NCBI GenBank assembly: GCA_951406725.2
Contig: OX597818.1
Location: 92,814,001-92,878,000 of the forward strand
DNA length: 64,000 nucleotides
Reading direction: 5' to 3'
Source: Octopus vulgaris
Lineage: Eukaryota
Of this stretch, positions 36,538 to 49,059 are shown piece by piece. The translations under genes were made by a program, and so were the position numbers. The notes beneath the pieces were generated by a model. The model made no database searches. It was not told the DNA's origin and saw nothing but the letters and a program-made list of their open reading frames with translations. Numbering within the stretch: position 1 is the first letter of the stretch; each line of letters begins with the position of its first letter.

Positions 36538-39080
36538 AATGTAATATGTGACAATTATTCTGTAGCGATGATAAAACTCCAAGTTTCGGATGACGAGGTG
36601 GAAATACACACCGCAATCTCTTCAGTTATCCGGCCATCGGAAAAATGCTATGAAAAATTACCGTTATACAAAGGGAAATTACTGTGTGATTGACCGTTAT
36701 TAATACAAAAGAGCTATTTGAATGACCGCTGAGGGGAGGGTGTAAACATAAGGGGGTAAAAAGTTCATAGTATTCGCGTAAGCGCACATGTTCATACCTA
36801 CACATGCGCGCCCGGACACTCACGTGCGTGCGCCTAAGAGTATACATTCATCCACCCTCACTTGAAAAGTACACATTCTCACTCGCACCATTCGCCAAAT
36901 GTATATCCCAGTGCCTAAAGCTCAAAGTGTGATTATTGAACCTGGCCTTGAAATTACCCTCTGTAAGGCCCACGTATTTCTTCGTCGAAACCGTGTCTTT
37001 AGTGGGTGTAAAGTCCACGGTGGCTTCGTAAATGATTTTCTCGGACATCTCTAGACGTATCCTTAGATCTAAATAAGAACATTTATAAGCCTTATAGGAA
37101 GCCCAATGATAAACTTAGTTATATTAATGTAGGTTCATGCCATCCCCCTATGGTATTTAAAAATTTAGTTAAAAACATTAGCAAGAGAATTTCTAGCCTC
37201 TCCTCAGATAAGGACAGTTTTAATAGCGTTGCCCCAGTATATAATAAGGCTCTAAAAGATAGTGGTTTTAGTGAGGAAATAACCTACACACCTGCCACCA
37301 GCCCAGCAATAAAGAAGAGGAAACATAGAAATAGGAAAACCATCTGGTTCACACACCCCTACTCACCGGAGATGACCTTCAATATAGTCAAGCGTTTCTT
37401 AGCATTGATAGATAGACATTTTCCAGTCAACCACACTTACAGGAAGCTCTTCAATAGACACAACTTTAAAATCAGTTTCAGCTCAACTACCAATTTTAAA
37501 AACATAATCGTATCAACACACAAAAACCACAATACGAAACCAGCTGTTCATGCAGGGATAAAAATTTGTGCTCGCTAAATGGATCTTGCATGTCCGAGAC
37601 CATCATTTACGAAGCCACTAAAGACACGGTTTCGACGAAGAAATACGTGGGCCTTACAGAGGGTAATTTCAAGGCCAGGTTCAATAATCACACTTTCAGC
37701 TTTAGGCACTGGGATAAAAGGCAAGCGACCAAATTATCCAGTCATATATGGTCATTAAAAGATAAATGTGTCAGTTACAGCATCCATTGGAAGATCTTAG
37801 CCAAGTGTAAGCCCTACACCAACGGCAGTGGAAAGTGCGGTCTATGTGATATGGAAAGATGGCTAATCTGGAAAAGCAGTTTAGACCCCGCTAGATGTCT
37901 GAATTCAAGAACTGAACTTTTCAGATCATGCCCATATGTGGCCAAATATTTGTTACGTTTTTGGTCCCCCGAGACTACAGATAGAACTTACTTTCTATAT
38001 TATGTCCACGCACAAGCTTTTTATCTCTTTATACCTTTTACTTATATTTCTTATATATTTTTATTTTTATTTATATCTTTTATACATATATTTCTTACAT
38101 ATTTATAGAGATATTGGTTTATAGTTTTATTGCTTATATATTTTTTACACATAATTTTTCCATACTCTACCTTTCACCCTGCATTTTTCCCTGTGCTTAT
38201 ATAGACGTGTATATGGAATCTTTTGTGCTCGCGTGTAGATGTGTGCATGTGTGCGGGTATGTACGTATATAGATGTGTGCGTGTGTGCGTGCATGCGAGT
38301 ACGTGCGTATATAGGTGTAATTTACTTAGTGTTTTTCAACATTTTCCCGTATTTTTGCCATTAGCCGTTTTTTCTTGTGTATGTGTGCATATAGACGTAT
38401 GTATGCTTTTTTGTGCGTGCATGTGTGTGTGCGTATAAAGACGTGTGCGGTATGTGCGTATATAGGAGTGTGTGTGCGCGTGCATAAAGCTATGTGCACA
38501 TATAGACGTGTATACTCCCTTATACCTTTTTTCTGTATTGTTACCCTTAGCCCTGTTTTTTTCTTGTGCTTGTGCGTATATAGACGTGTGTATGAACCTT
38601 TATGGTGCACGCGTGTGTGTGTGGGTTTGTATGTATACACATACATTTGGCGAATGATACAAGTGAGAATGTGTACGTTTTTAAGTGAGGGTGGATGAAG
38701 GTACAATTTTAGGCGCACGCAAGTGGGTGTGCGGGCGCGCATGTGTAGGTATGAACATGTGCGCTTACGCGAATACTATGAACTTTTTACCCCCTTACTT
38801 TTACTCCTCCCCTCACTCAGCAGTCATTCAAATAGCTCTTTTGTCTTAATAACGGTCAATCACGCAGTAATTTCCCTTTGTACAACGGTCATTTTTCATA
38901 GCATTTTTCCGATGGCCGGATAACTGAAGAGATGGCGGTGTGGATTTCCACCTCGTCATCCGAAACTCGGATTCTTATCATCGCTACCGAATAATTGTCA
39001 CATATTATTTTACAGATAAATTCCTCTATTTACATAATATCGAGGTCTCTTTCTTTCTTTTGTTGTCTTACCATTTTTAT
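36535..39080 (+). mobile_element. 5'-truncated Penelope-like element (Naiad-like) with an inverted 5' pLTR
   Basis: ORFs 37150-37578 (KTIWFTHPYS..FLALIDRHFP..KLFNRHNFKISFS) and 37566-38108 (CSCR..CSLNGSC..IIYEA..YVGLTEGNFKARFNNH..SF, TKLSSHIWSLK, CGLC..E, LNSRTE). 36535-37048 is an inverted, internally deleted copy of the 3' part. (TA)n flanks both sides. Confidence 0.88.
38919..38979 (+). ncRNA. Type I hammerhead motif in the PLE 3' region (mirror copy at 36570-36630 on minus)
   Basis: gataa-CTGAAGA-gatggcg...cgtcatc-c-GAAA-ctcggat-TC-ttatc. Stem I is a perfect 5 bp and stem II is 7 bp. Confidence 0.75.
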
Positions 39081-39608
39081 CAATATATATATATATATAT
39101 ATATATACCATAAGGGACTAAAGCCATCTGAATATGGCTAGGGACAGGGCAGGGTGGTGGGGGTGTTACTGTTGCATTTAGCCCCAGGCGAACATCAACG
39201 TCGCCAGATAGGTTTGACACCATCACGGCGTCCTCTATCCTGCAAAGGGAGATAATTCCCCGATGAAGCGGAAACCACACACGGACCTAGGTTTCAAGGT
39301 GTTTGCCTATTATCAACGTATGGTAGGCACCCGCTTCCTCGACGAACCACTCACTCTGCAGGATATTTATATAGATTTTCAAGCAAAATACATTTGCTGA
39401 TTTCGAAAATCTGTTCGACAGCAATAATAATTCTCTAAATGAGATATAGACAGTTATCAGCACGTTAATTTCATGAGCAGGCTGTTCTGTTGATCAGGCC
39501 AACTCGTCGTCGTGACCGACGGAGTGCCTGTAAATGTAAGTTTTTGCATATATTATATTTTGTACTTTGATTATACAACAGTCCCGTCAGTAATGTTGAC
39601 ACGTCTCT

Positions 39609-39813
39609 ACCGGGCGAAATGCTTTGCGGTACTTCGTCTGCTGTTACGTTGTGAGTTCAAATTCCGCCGAGGTCGACTTTGCCTTTCATCCTTTCGGGGT
39701 CGATAAATTAAGTACCAGTTACGCACTGGGGTCGATGTAATCGACATAATACCTATGTCTGTCCTTGTTTGTCCCCTCTATGTTTAGCCCCTTGTGGGTA
39801 ATAAAGAAATAGG
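39609..39813 (+). mobile_element. SINE family B, 5'-truncated
   Basis: Homology to 35811-36041. Confidence 0.85.
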
Positions 39814-40074
39814 TCTCTCAGCCCCCACCCCCATACACACACCTCATATCATGGCCCTCCTTTTTGCATCAGACTCTCCAGAATCCATCAGTAATCGATT
39901 CCCGTTCATACATACTTCACACCACCGTGTAATAGCCGCAGTTGTAACATAAAAAATTAAGTTTCAATTCTACAGCTATAAATTCTCACAACATAACGTC
40001 ACCCCGATTTCGTTTCCTCATAACTTACTGAAAAATTGTTACTTATTTAATGAAATTTTCTACAAATATTTTTC

Positions 40075-40445
40075 AGGCGCAGGGCTGGCCGTGTGTTAAG
40101 TAGCTTGCTTACCAACCACATGATTCCGGGTTCATTCCCACTGCGTGGCACCATGGGCAAGTGTCTTCTGCTATAGCCTCGGGCCGACCAAAGCCTTGTG
40201 AGTGGATTTGGTAGACGGAAACTGAAAGAAGCCTGTCGTATATAAGTATATATGTGTGTATGTGCGTGTAAATGTTTGTATGTCTGTGTTTGACAACCGA
40301 TGCTGGCGTGTCTATGTCCCCGGTTCGGCAAAAGAGACCGATTGAATAAGTACTAGGCTTATTTGCTCGAATAAAGGCAGTGATCCAGCATGGCCGCAGT
40401 CAAATGACTGAAACAAGTAAAAGAGTAAAGACTAAAAGAGTAAGA
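40075..40445 (+). mobile_element. SINE family A, near full length with deletions
   Basis: Head, body and gactgaaacaagtaaaagagt tail are present. Confidence 0.85.
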
Positions 40446-40652
40446 GATGGTGTATCATAGCGGCATTTAATGTAAAAAAAAAAATTGGCGAGCACGCATG
40501 CATACTGACTGACACACATCACATGTATATCTACGAAATAAAACTTGAAATTTTGAAGAAAAAAAAAGAAAAACGTGATGTGTATTCATGTATGAGTACG
40601 CGCCAACCAATTTTGTTTTTACATGCAATTCCTACATAATTGTAATCTATAC

Positions 40653-40954
40653 CAGTGCTCCGTAACCGGTATGCTGCAGCACACTGGTATGCCGCAGCAC
40701 ACTGGTATGCCGCAGCACACTGGTATGCCGCAGCACACTGGTATGCCGCAGCACACTGGTATGCCGCAGCACACTGGTATGCCGCAGCACACTGGTATGC
40801 CGCAGCACACTGGTATGCCACGAGACGATGCTAGGTGTGCCCTAGTGTAACCTGAATGTAATTTTTTCCCCCCTACATTATTAGTTAAGGTGTGCCACCG
40901 AATTTTGAAATAGATTTAGGTATACCGCAAGTGAAAAAAGGTTGCGGAGCGCTG
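40653..40954. mobile_element. hAT-type MITE (302 bp) with an internal 18-bp minisatellite
   Basis: TIRs cagtgctccgtaacc / ggttgcggagcgctg. 8-bp TSD atctatac at 40645-40652 and 40955-40962. ctggtatgccgcagcaca repeats ~8 times at 40667-40819. Confidence 0.92.
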
Positions 40955-41296
40955 ATCTATACTACCTGAAACGTATAAGTTGAAAGTTTCATTGAAAAAA
41001 TATCCATTTTCCCGAAAGTTATGGAGAAACAAATTCGGTGGGATAAACATGTAAAGATATTCCACTGCTTTAACAATTTCATAGTTTGGTGAGGTTAAAG
41101 GAGGGAAAAAACTTCAGTTATTTCCTCACCGTGTGAGAAAATAACTGTACTTGATGTAAAATAACTGTACTTGATGTAAAAACAAACGTTGAATGACAAC
41201 AATATAAAAATTATAGGTGGTCTTTTGATTTTATTACATATGTCGGTTAAACGGTTAAACTTCATTTGTTAAATGAGATACTTTTATAGAATTAGA

Positions 41297-41749
41297 CTAG
41301 CAGTATCACCCGTGTGATATATATATGTATATATATGTATATGTACATATGTGATATATATATGTATATATATGTATATGTACAATCGATGTCATATATA
41401 TTCCGCTCTGTGTGTGTGTGTGTGTGTGTGGCTTCTAGGATCTCGGGCATCCTCTATCCGATTGCGCTCAGATTTGATATGTAGAATTAGTAATTTTGAA
41501 AAGTAAAAATTTTGCATTATGTAGCTTGTTATTCTCTTTAAGTGAACATTTTTCTGCTTGAAATACACCGAAAAATGGCGACACAGCAGTAAAAAAATCG
41601 TAAAAAATAGGGATTTTCATAGAAAAAAAGCTCCTTTTTCATGTAAATAATTTTGTTCAACTTGCGCCGCAGGATCTTCGAGGAGATAGTGTTAGTTGAA
41701 GGCTACCAAACCTGCTACACACAGACAACTTCAGCTTTATATATATAGA
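41297..41749 (-). mobile_element. Rearranged non-autonomous Helitron
   Basis: The ctagcagtatcacccg 3' terminus and the caacttcagctttatatatataga 5' terminus resemble the 13395 family. It contains a copy (41399-41486) of 42518-42607. Confidence 0.55.
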
Positions 41750-42406
41750 CAAGAGGAGAGACCACACAGTGGATCCCTTATATGCTAAAAGTAATATTTA
41801 TTTCTACTCTTATTATCTTTTATCATGCTTTGCTACCTTTTATACTATCATGTTTGGTGAAATTATTCTTAAAATTATTAACTGCTTTTTAAACTACTTT
41901 TTTGATTTCTTTATGTTCGATTGAATTAATAGCCAACTCTCGCGCTCGTATGCACGCACACACACACACAAACACATACACACACACACGCGCGCACATG
42001 GACACACTCACGCACGCACACACGCACGCATGCACACGCACATATCATTTCGCATCAGATAAGTAATCTTGATATTTATGTACAGTCGTTACTTGTAAAT
42101 GTAATCATTGAAACTACTGAGTTGTTCCCCTTACAACGTATCTATTTCCGAATGCTGAAATATTTTTAAAATTCACTCTTTTTGCAACCACATCTTTATA
42201 GCTTGCGAATTTTAACCATAGCGGGTCGCATTCTCATAACGCATTTAGTATTCCTGCCAATTTTCAGCTCGATCCTAGCACGTCTAGTGCCATTGAATCC
42301 TTACCAAAGCCAAAGTGTGCAAGTTTTTTTCCTCTTTTATATAGGTAGATTAGCAATTTAAGCATAACATTTTCATATACAGCCGTCAATATATATATTA
42401 CGTATC

Positions 42407-42505
<99 letters not shown>

Positions 42506-42514
42506 ATATATATA

Positions 42515-42862
42515 TGTATATTCCGCTCTGTGTGTGTGTGTGTGTGTGTGTGGCTTCTAGGATCTCGGGCATCCTCTATCCGATTGCGCTCAGATTTGAT
42601 ATGTAGATACCGACGGTATCAGGGCGTGTATAAGTTTTGAATGCGATCGATAAAGGTGAGAATGCGATCGATGGAGCCGTGGGAAATCGTTTTTCTTTGG
42701 AATCTTTATTTCTTCTTTTGCTGGTGTCTCAAATTTAGGTTAAATCAGTGTTTCTCAAAGGGGAGGCCTATGGAACGGTCGGACAAGTTGTTTTGAGAAA
42801 ATTTGGTTTAAATGTTTGACAATTCAGCACCGTCCAATGGACGGCGGGGGGCTCTTTGCTCG

Positions 42863-42863
<1 letters not shown>
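42515..42863 (+). mobile_element. Probable non-autonomous Helitron
   Basis: Subterminal hairpin ccgtccaatggacgg followed by gctcgt (CTAG-like end), embedded in (TA)n. Confidence 0.5.
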
Positions 42864-42907
<44 letters not shown>

Positions 42908-42911
<4 letters not shown>

Positions 42912-43228
42912 CAAAAAATGGGACAAGAACGCAAGGCATCCAGACAGTTAGATGATTAAAAAAAGGACAAGAAAAAACAAGGACGGTCATTCGGAGTTTT
43001 CTTTACTCTGTCGAGTTTCAGATTATCTTTTGCAGTTTCGGTTGGTTATACTCGAGACTGCTCCAATCAGGCCAGCCCCAAGGAAAACCTAAGCTAAGAG
43101 CACTATATTCCTTAGAAGAAAGCAGCGAATGTATACGAAAAATAAGGACAGAGAGAAACAAACCGGAGAAATGGTACACAAATACAAATGCAAACAACAG
43201 GACATTAACAACAGGTGTCTTTCGACTA
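42908..43228. repeat. Interspersed repeat related to 51755-52105
   Basis: Shares tgggacaagaacgcaa, ggccagccccaaggaaaa and cgaatgtatacg blocks. Confidence 0.65.
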
Positions 43229-43392
43229 ATATATATATATATGTGTGTGTGTATGTGTGTGTATGTGTGTGTTAGTATATATGCATCATGTATGTATCTG
43301 TATGTATATGCATATCTATCTATATATATATGTATATATATCTATTTATATCTATCTATATCTATCTATCTATCTACCTATCTATCTATCTA

Positions 43393-43452
<60 letters not shown>

Positions 43453-43455
<3 letters not shown>

Positions 43456-44182
43456 AATGTGAGGATAAAATTCTTTTCTAAAAAAATATTTTATCGAAAA
43501 AAATTTTATCAATGGCCAGCATATTAAAAAATACCTTTAACGGTTAAATTTATAAACAATTCATAAATGAGGGCAAAGGAAAAATTTTCTAATGCCAAAT
43601 ATGCCGAAAAATTGGACATATTGTCCATTAACCATATAATTTTTTCACAATACGCACGCTACTCGAAAAAAGGCCGACAGAAATTTCTAATAAATTCCAT
43701 TATTACCATATCGGACCGATTTCAGAGTTAGCTACTAAGAGCCCTCTCTTCGTCAGTGATACATGTGGCAAAAGAAATAAATGAGATACTTACTCATACC
43801 CATGGAAGAAGCAAATACTAAGTCACGGGCACAACTAAGTACCCCAAATACATCCAAAATAGAAATACTTCAGCCCATTCGAGGCACGTGCGATTTGAAC
43901 TGAGGCTCTTACAGAGTGAGTTAGTTAGTTCGGAAGTGAACGCTTAAATTTATATCAAATGTGAGGATAAAATTCTTTTCGAAAAATATATTTTCTCGAA
44001 AAAAATTTTATCAATGGCCAGCATATTAAAAAAATACCTTTAACGGTTAAATTTATAAACAATTCATAAATGAGGGCAAAGGAAAAAATTTCTAATGCCA
44101 AATATGCCGAAAAATTGGACATATTGTCCATTAACCATATAATTTTTTCACAATACGCACGCTACTCGAAAAAAGGCCAACA

Positions 44183-44185
<3 letters not shown>
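43453..44185 (-). mobile_element. Short non-coding partial-tandem element with ~230-bp direct terminal repeats and a hammerhead
   Basis: 43453-43682 is nearly identical to 43954-44185. A hammerhead lies at 43709-43761 on minus. (TA)n flanks both sides. Confidence 0.75.
43709..43761 (-). ncRNA. Minimal type I hammerhead motif
   Basis: tatca-CTGACGA-agag...ctct-GAAA-tcgg-TC-cgata. The core is intact, with one mismatch in stem I next to the core. Confidence 0.7.
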
Positions 44186-44257
<72 letters not shown>

Positions 44258-44543
44258 TAATATTAGGGAGTATAGCTCCAAACCTACAGGGAAAAATTCG
44301 ATTTAGTATTAAATCAAATTTCTCAGAATAAATATATAAAATATAAATTAAAATAGGAATTGAAATATGAATTTACTTATTATATTATGTTTGTCATTCT
44401 TTTTATACTTTTTTGAAAAAAAGATTATATATATATATTATACATTATATTAATTATATTTATATTATTTGTTTTTTTATGTATTGGTTTATGTCTATCA
44501 CTGTCTGTGTTGTATAATAGTGGTTTTATCTCTAATTCATATG

Positions 44544-44589
<46 letters not shown>

Positions 44590-44594
<5 letters not shown>

Positions 44595-44815
44595 ACATTG
44601 TCCTGAAAGAGATCAAAGAGGAAAATGATCCCATCAACTTTAAACGGAGTCTGGATAGATTCCTTCAAAGACTACCAGATAAGCCACCCATAATTGGATA
44701 CAACTCACCCAACAAGAACTCACTACTTGAATGGACCATAAACAAAACTTGACTTAAACAGATTGGAATAATCCTATCAGGTGGTGGTATTAAGTTAGGC
44801 ATGGCCTGGACCAAT
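44590..44815 (+). mobile_element. Short CR1-like LINE 3' end
   Basis: FNIV..IKEE.D..FKRSLDRFLQRLPDKP..GY...N.NSLLEW and a caggtggtg.tattaagttag.catggcctgg 3'UTR, homologous to 48000-48240. Confidence 0.75.
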
Positions 44816-44826
44816 CTATATATATA

Positions 44827-45668
44827 CTAGCAGTATCGCCCGGCGTTGCTCGGGTTTGTAAGGGAAATAACTATATAAGCATTTTTAGTGAGTTATAGCA
44901 AAAAAAATAGCAAAATAATGCATTAAAAATGGAATAAAAAATGATGGTAATTTCTTTTTTAAATCGTTGACTCAACGTAGACATTTTTAGAGAGTTACTT
45001 TCCCTTATATAATAGCGAAAAAATGCATTAAAATGGAAAAAATGATGGTAAATTTTGTTTTAAAATCGTAGACTCATCGTAGACGCGCGCTAATACCCAG
45101 AAGGGCTCGATATGAATCACGACTATAAGATACCCGGTTTTGGTTAAACTGCACCGCAAAATGTGGGAGTAGTTAGGAATCTAAATCGTAGGACACAGAC
45201 ACACAACTTCACTTTTATATATAAAGATTTGTGCAACAACTAAAACATTCGGTTGTGCAAATTGTTTGCACAGGAAACCTGCCCTGTGTGGCGGTTTTTG
45301 CCGTTTTTGTGGATCTGTTTCAGCTTTTTTAGCGATTTTGTTTTGGCGACTTCAAGCCATGAAGTCGTTGTTCTAAAAGAACGCTGGTCTCCTTGACAAC
45401 GCTTTACGACGTTGATTTCCCTACCCTGCCTTCCCCACAGCTTCACGAGGGAGGAGCTACACAGGTGCAGGTGCGAGCATGAACGCCAACGCCGCCACCG
45501 ACACACGAAAAAATTGGAAGAACCCAGACGACAGCTTCAGCCACCACCACTACCACCATGACCACCACCACCACTACGCCCATGACCATCACCACCACCA
45601 TCACGAAGACCACGACTACGACGACCACCACCACCACCACCATCATCATCACCACCCCCACCACCACG

Positions 45669-45699
<31 letters not shown>

Positions 45700-47075
45700 C
45701 CACCACTACCACCACCACAAACACGACGAACCACCACCACCACAAACACGACGACCACCATCGCCACCACCATCATGAAGACCACCACGACCACCACGAC
45801 CACCACCATCATCAGCACCACCACCACCACCATCATCATCACCACCCCTACCACCACCACCACCAACAACAACAACACCACGACGACCACCACAAACACG
45901 ACGACCACCACGACCACGACCACCATCACCACTACCAGCACCACCACCACCACCGCTGCTACTACCACCGCCTCCACCACCACCATAATATGCCTCTGCT
46001 CTCTCCTTTTGGCTACTAAATCCATTACCATATTTCACAAGTACCATCGCCATACAATATTGCCTTCAAAAGTTTGTGTTTGGATAAAATTTTTTAAGTA
46101 AAAGTTGTGCAACAACTAAAACATTCGGTTGTGCAAATTCTTTGCACGGGAAACCTTCCCTGTGTGGCGTATTTCCCGATTTTGTAGAATTTGCTTTCGG
46201 GCTTTCTTAGCCATTTCTGTTTTGGTGCCTTCAAGCCATGAAGTCGTTGTTCTAAAAGAACGCTGGTCTCCTTGACAGCGCTTTACGACGTTGATTTCCT
46301 TACACTCCCTTCCCCACAGCTTAACGAGGGAGGGAAGAAGGGGGAGAAGCAATTTTAAAAATATGCGTTAAAATGGAAAAAAATGATGTTAAATTATTTT
46401 TTAAATCGTAGACTCATCGTAGACGCGCGCTAATACGCAGACGGGCTCGATATAAATCACGACTATAAGATACCCGAATTTGGTTAAACTGCACCGCAAA
46501 ATGTGGGAGTAGTTAGGAATCTAAATCGTAGGAGACAGACACTCACACAACTTCACTTTTATATATATAGAGTAGCAGTATCGCCCGGCGTTGCTCGGGT
46601 TTGTAAGGGAAATAACTATATAAGCATTTTTAGAGAGTTACTTCCCTTATAGATGCCAATTCGGGCTTTCTTAGCCATTTCTGTTTTGGTGTCTTCAAGC
46701 CATGAAGTCGTTGTTCTAAAAGAACGCTGGTCTCCTTGACAACGCTTTACGACGTTGATTTCCTTACACTCCCTTCCCCACAGCTTCACGAGGGAGGGAA
46801 GAAGGGGGAGAAGCAAACAGGTGCAGGTGTGACCATGGACGCCAACTCCGCCGCCATCGACACACGAAAAATTATGCATTAAAATGGAATAAAAAAGGAT
46901 GTTAAATTATTTTTAAAATCGTAGACTCATTGTAGACGCGCGCTAATACTCAGGCGGGCTCGATATGAATCACGACTATAAGATACCCGAATTTGGTTAA
47001 ACTGCACCGCAAAATGTGGGAGTAGTTAGGAATCTAAATCGAAGGGGACAGACACTCACACAACTACAGTTTTAT
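44827..47075 (-). mobile_element. Cluster/tandem of non-autonomous Helitrons (44827-45227, 45228-46571 composite, 46572-47075)
   Basis: Repeated termini ctagcagtatcgcccggcgttgctcggg and cacaact(t/a)ca..tttatatata. A (CAC/GAC)n tract lies at 45540-45985. Confidence 0.85.
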
Positions 47076-47085
47076 ATATATATAT

Positions 47086-47117
<32 letters not shown>

Positions 47118-47130
47118 GCATGTATGTATG

Positions 47131-47198
<68 letters not shown>

Positions 47199-47327
47199 TG
47201 TATGTATGTATGTATATATGTATATATACATGTATATATAGATTTATATGTTTATATATGTATATATGTATATATGTATGTATATATATATATGTATATA
47301 TATATGTATATATATATGTATATATAT

Positions 47328-48247
47328 ATGGGCGGAAAAGAATAACAAATGGGCGGAAAAGAATAACAAATGGGCGGAAAAGAATAACATGTTGCTAAAT
47401 GAAGACAAATTCGAACTGATCCACTTTGGAAGGGAGGACGTTCTGAAACTCCCATACTCTCTTCCTTCTGGAGAAATTCTCATGGCATCCAACAACATCA
47501 GAGACTTGGGAGTAACAGTGGACAACAACATAAGCTGGGCTGCACATATAAGCAGCAAAGTTGACATGGCCCGCAGAATGTGTTCCTGGATTCTCAGAAC
47601 CTTCCAGTCGAGAGATTCCCACGCTATTATCCTTCTCTTCTCCACTTTTGCCCGACCCCACCTTGAATACTGCTGTCCACTGTGGTCTCCCTACACAAAA
47701 CAAAATATTATGAGAATTGAAGCTCCCCAAAGGTCAATCACAAAAAAGATAGATGGCATGTCAGACCTTGACTACTGGGGTAGACTAGAGAAGCTGAAAT
47801 TGTATTCACTCCAACGACGCCGTGAACGCTACATTATCTGTATGATGTGGAAAATATTCCATCAGCACTGTCCGAATGATGTTGGCATCACCTTCAAAAT
47901 GCATCCAAGGCTTGGACCACGTGCCATCCGTCCACAACAAAAACCTAAATCGCATCACATAACGACAATACGGCACAACTATTTCACCTCAATTGGACCC
48001 GCTCTCTTCAACATTACACCAGGACACGTCAAAAAAGAAACTGACCACACAAAATTCAAGAAGTCTTTGGACAAATTCCTTCAAACAGTACCGGACAAAC
48101 CACCCACACCCGGATATGTCTCCGTAAACAATAACTCTCTGCTCGAATGGGCCTTGGTGCCCAAATCCTGAACTGAAAGACTTCGCCAGGTGGTGCTATT
48201 AAGTTAGACATGGCCTGGGCCAATACTGGCCAAAACCTTTCTAAGTT
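47328..48247 (+). mobile_element. 5'-truncated CR1-group LINE with an uninterrupted ORF2 C-terminus
   Basis: [51 protein letters not shown], stop at 48171, short 3'UTR. Confidence 0.9.
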
Positions 48248-48338
48248 ATTCTAAGTTATATATATATGTATATATATGTATAAAGATATGTATGTATATA
48301 CGTGTATATATATCTATATCTATATATATATATATATA

Positions 48339-48389
<51 letters not shown>

Positions 48390-48599
48390 AGAGAGAGATG
48401 TATATGTAATATGTACACGTATATATATATACACATTTATACATGCATGCATATATTTATACACACATATATATATACATATATTTATATATTTATACAT
48501 ACATTATATATATATATATATACATACGTATATGCATACATATATTTATACATATATACATACATACATACATATATGCCTACATATATACATATACAT

Positions 48600-48659
<60 letters not shown>

Positions 48660-48663
48660 GGTT

Positions 48664-48940
48664 AAGGTGTGTTATGTGGTAAGAAACTTGGTCCCAAAAC
48701 ACATCGTCCTGGGTACAGTCCCATTGTGTAGTAACTTGGCATGTGTCCTCTGCAATAGCCTCAGACCAACCAAGTGAATTTCGTAGACAGAAATTGAAAG
48801 AAGTCTATTGTTTATATATGTATATATGTAAGTGCATGTGTGTGTCTTTGTATCTGTGTTTCTCCCTCATCACTACTTGACAACTGGTGTTGGTTTATTT
48901 ACATCCCCATAACTTACTGGTTTGACAAGAAGAGACCGAA
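48664..48940 (+). mobile_element. Diverged SINE family A
   Basis: Homology to the family A head and body. Confidence 0.75.
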
Positions 48941-49059
48941 TTTTGCTTGCCCAATCAATTGTATCTATCAAGCTATCTTTCTGTGTATATGTATATAATA
49001 CAGACACACATACACACGCATACACACACGCATATATACATGTATGTATATATGCATAT

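Noticed and set aside
37540-37960. Selenoprotein-type Naiad (in-frame UGA at Cys positions)
   Set aside because: The visible Cys positions are TGT/TGC and I could not identify a SECIS element.
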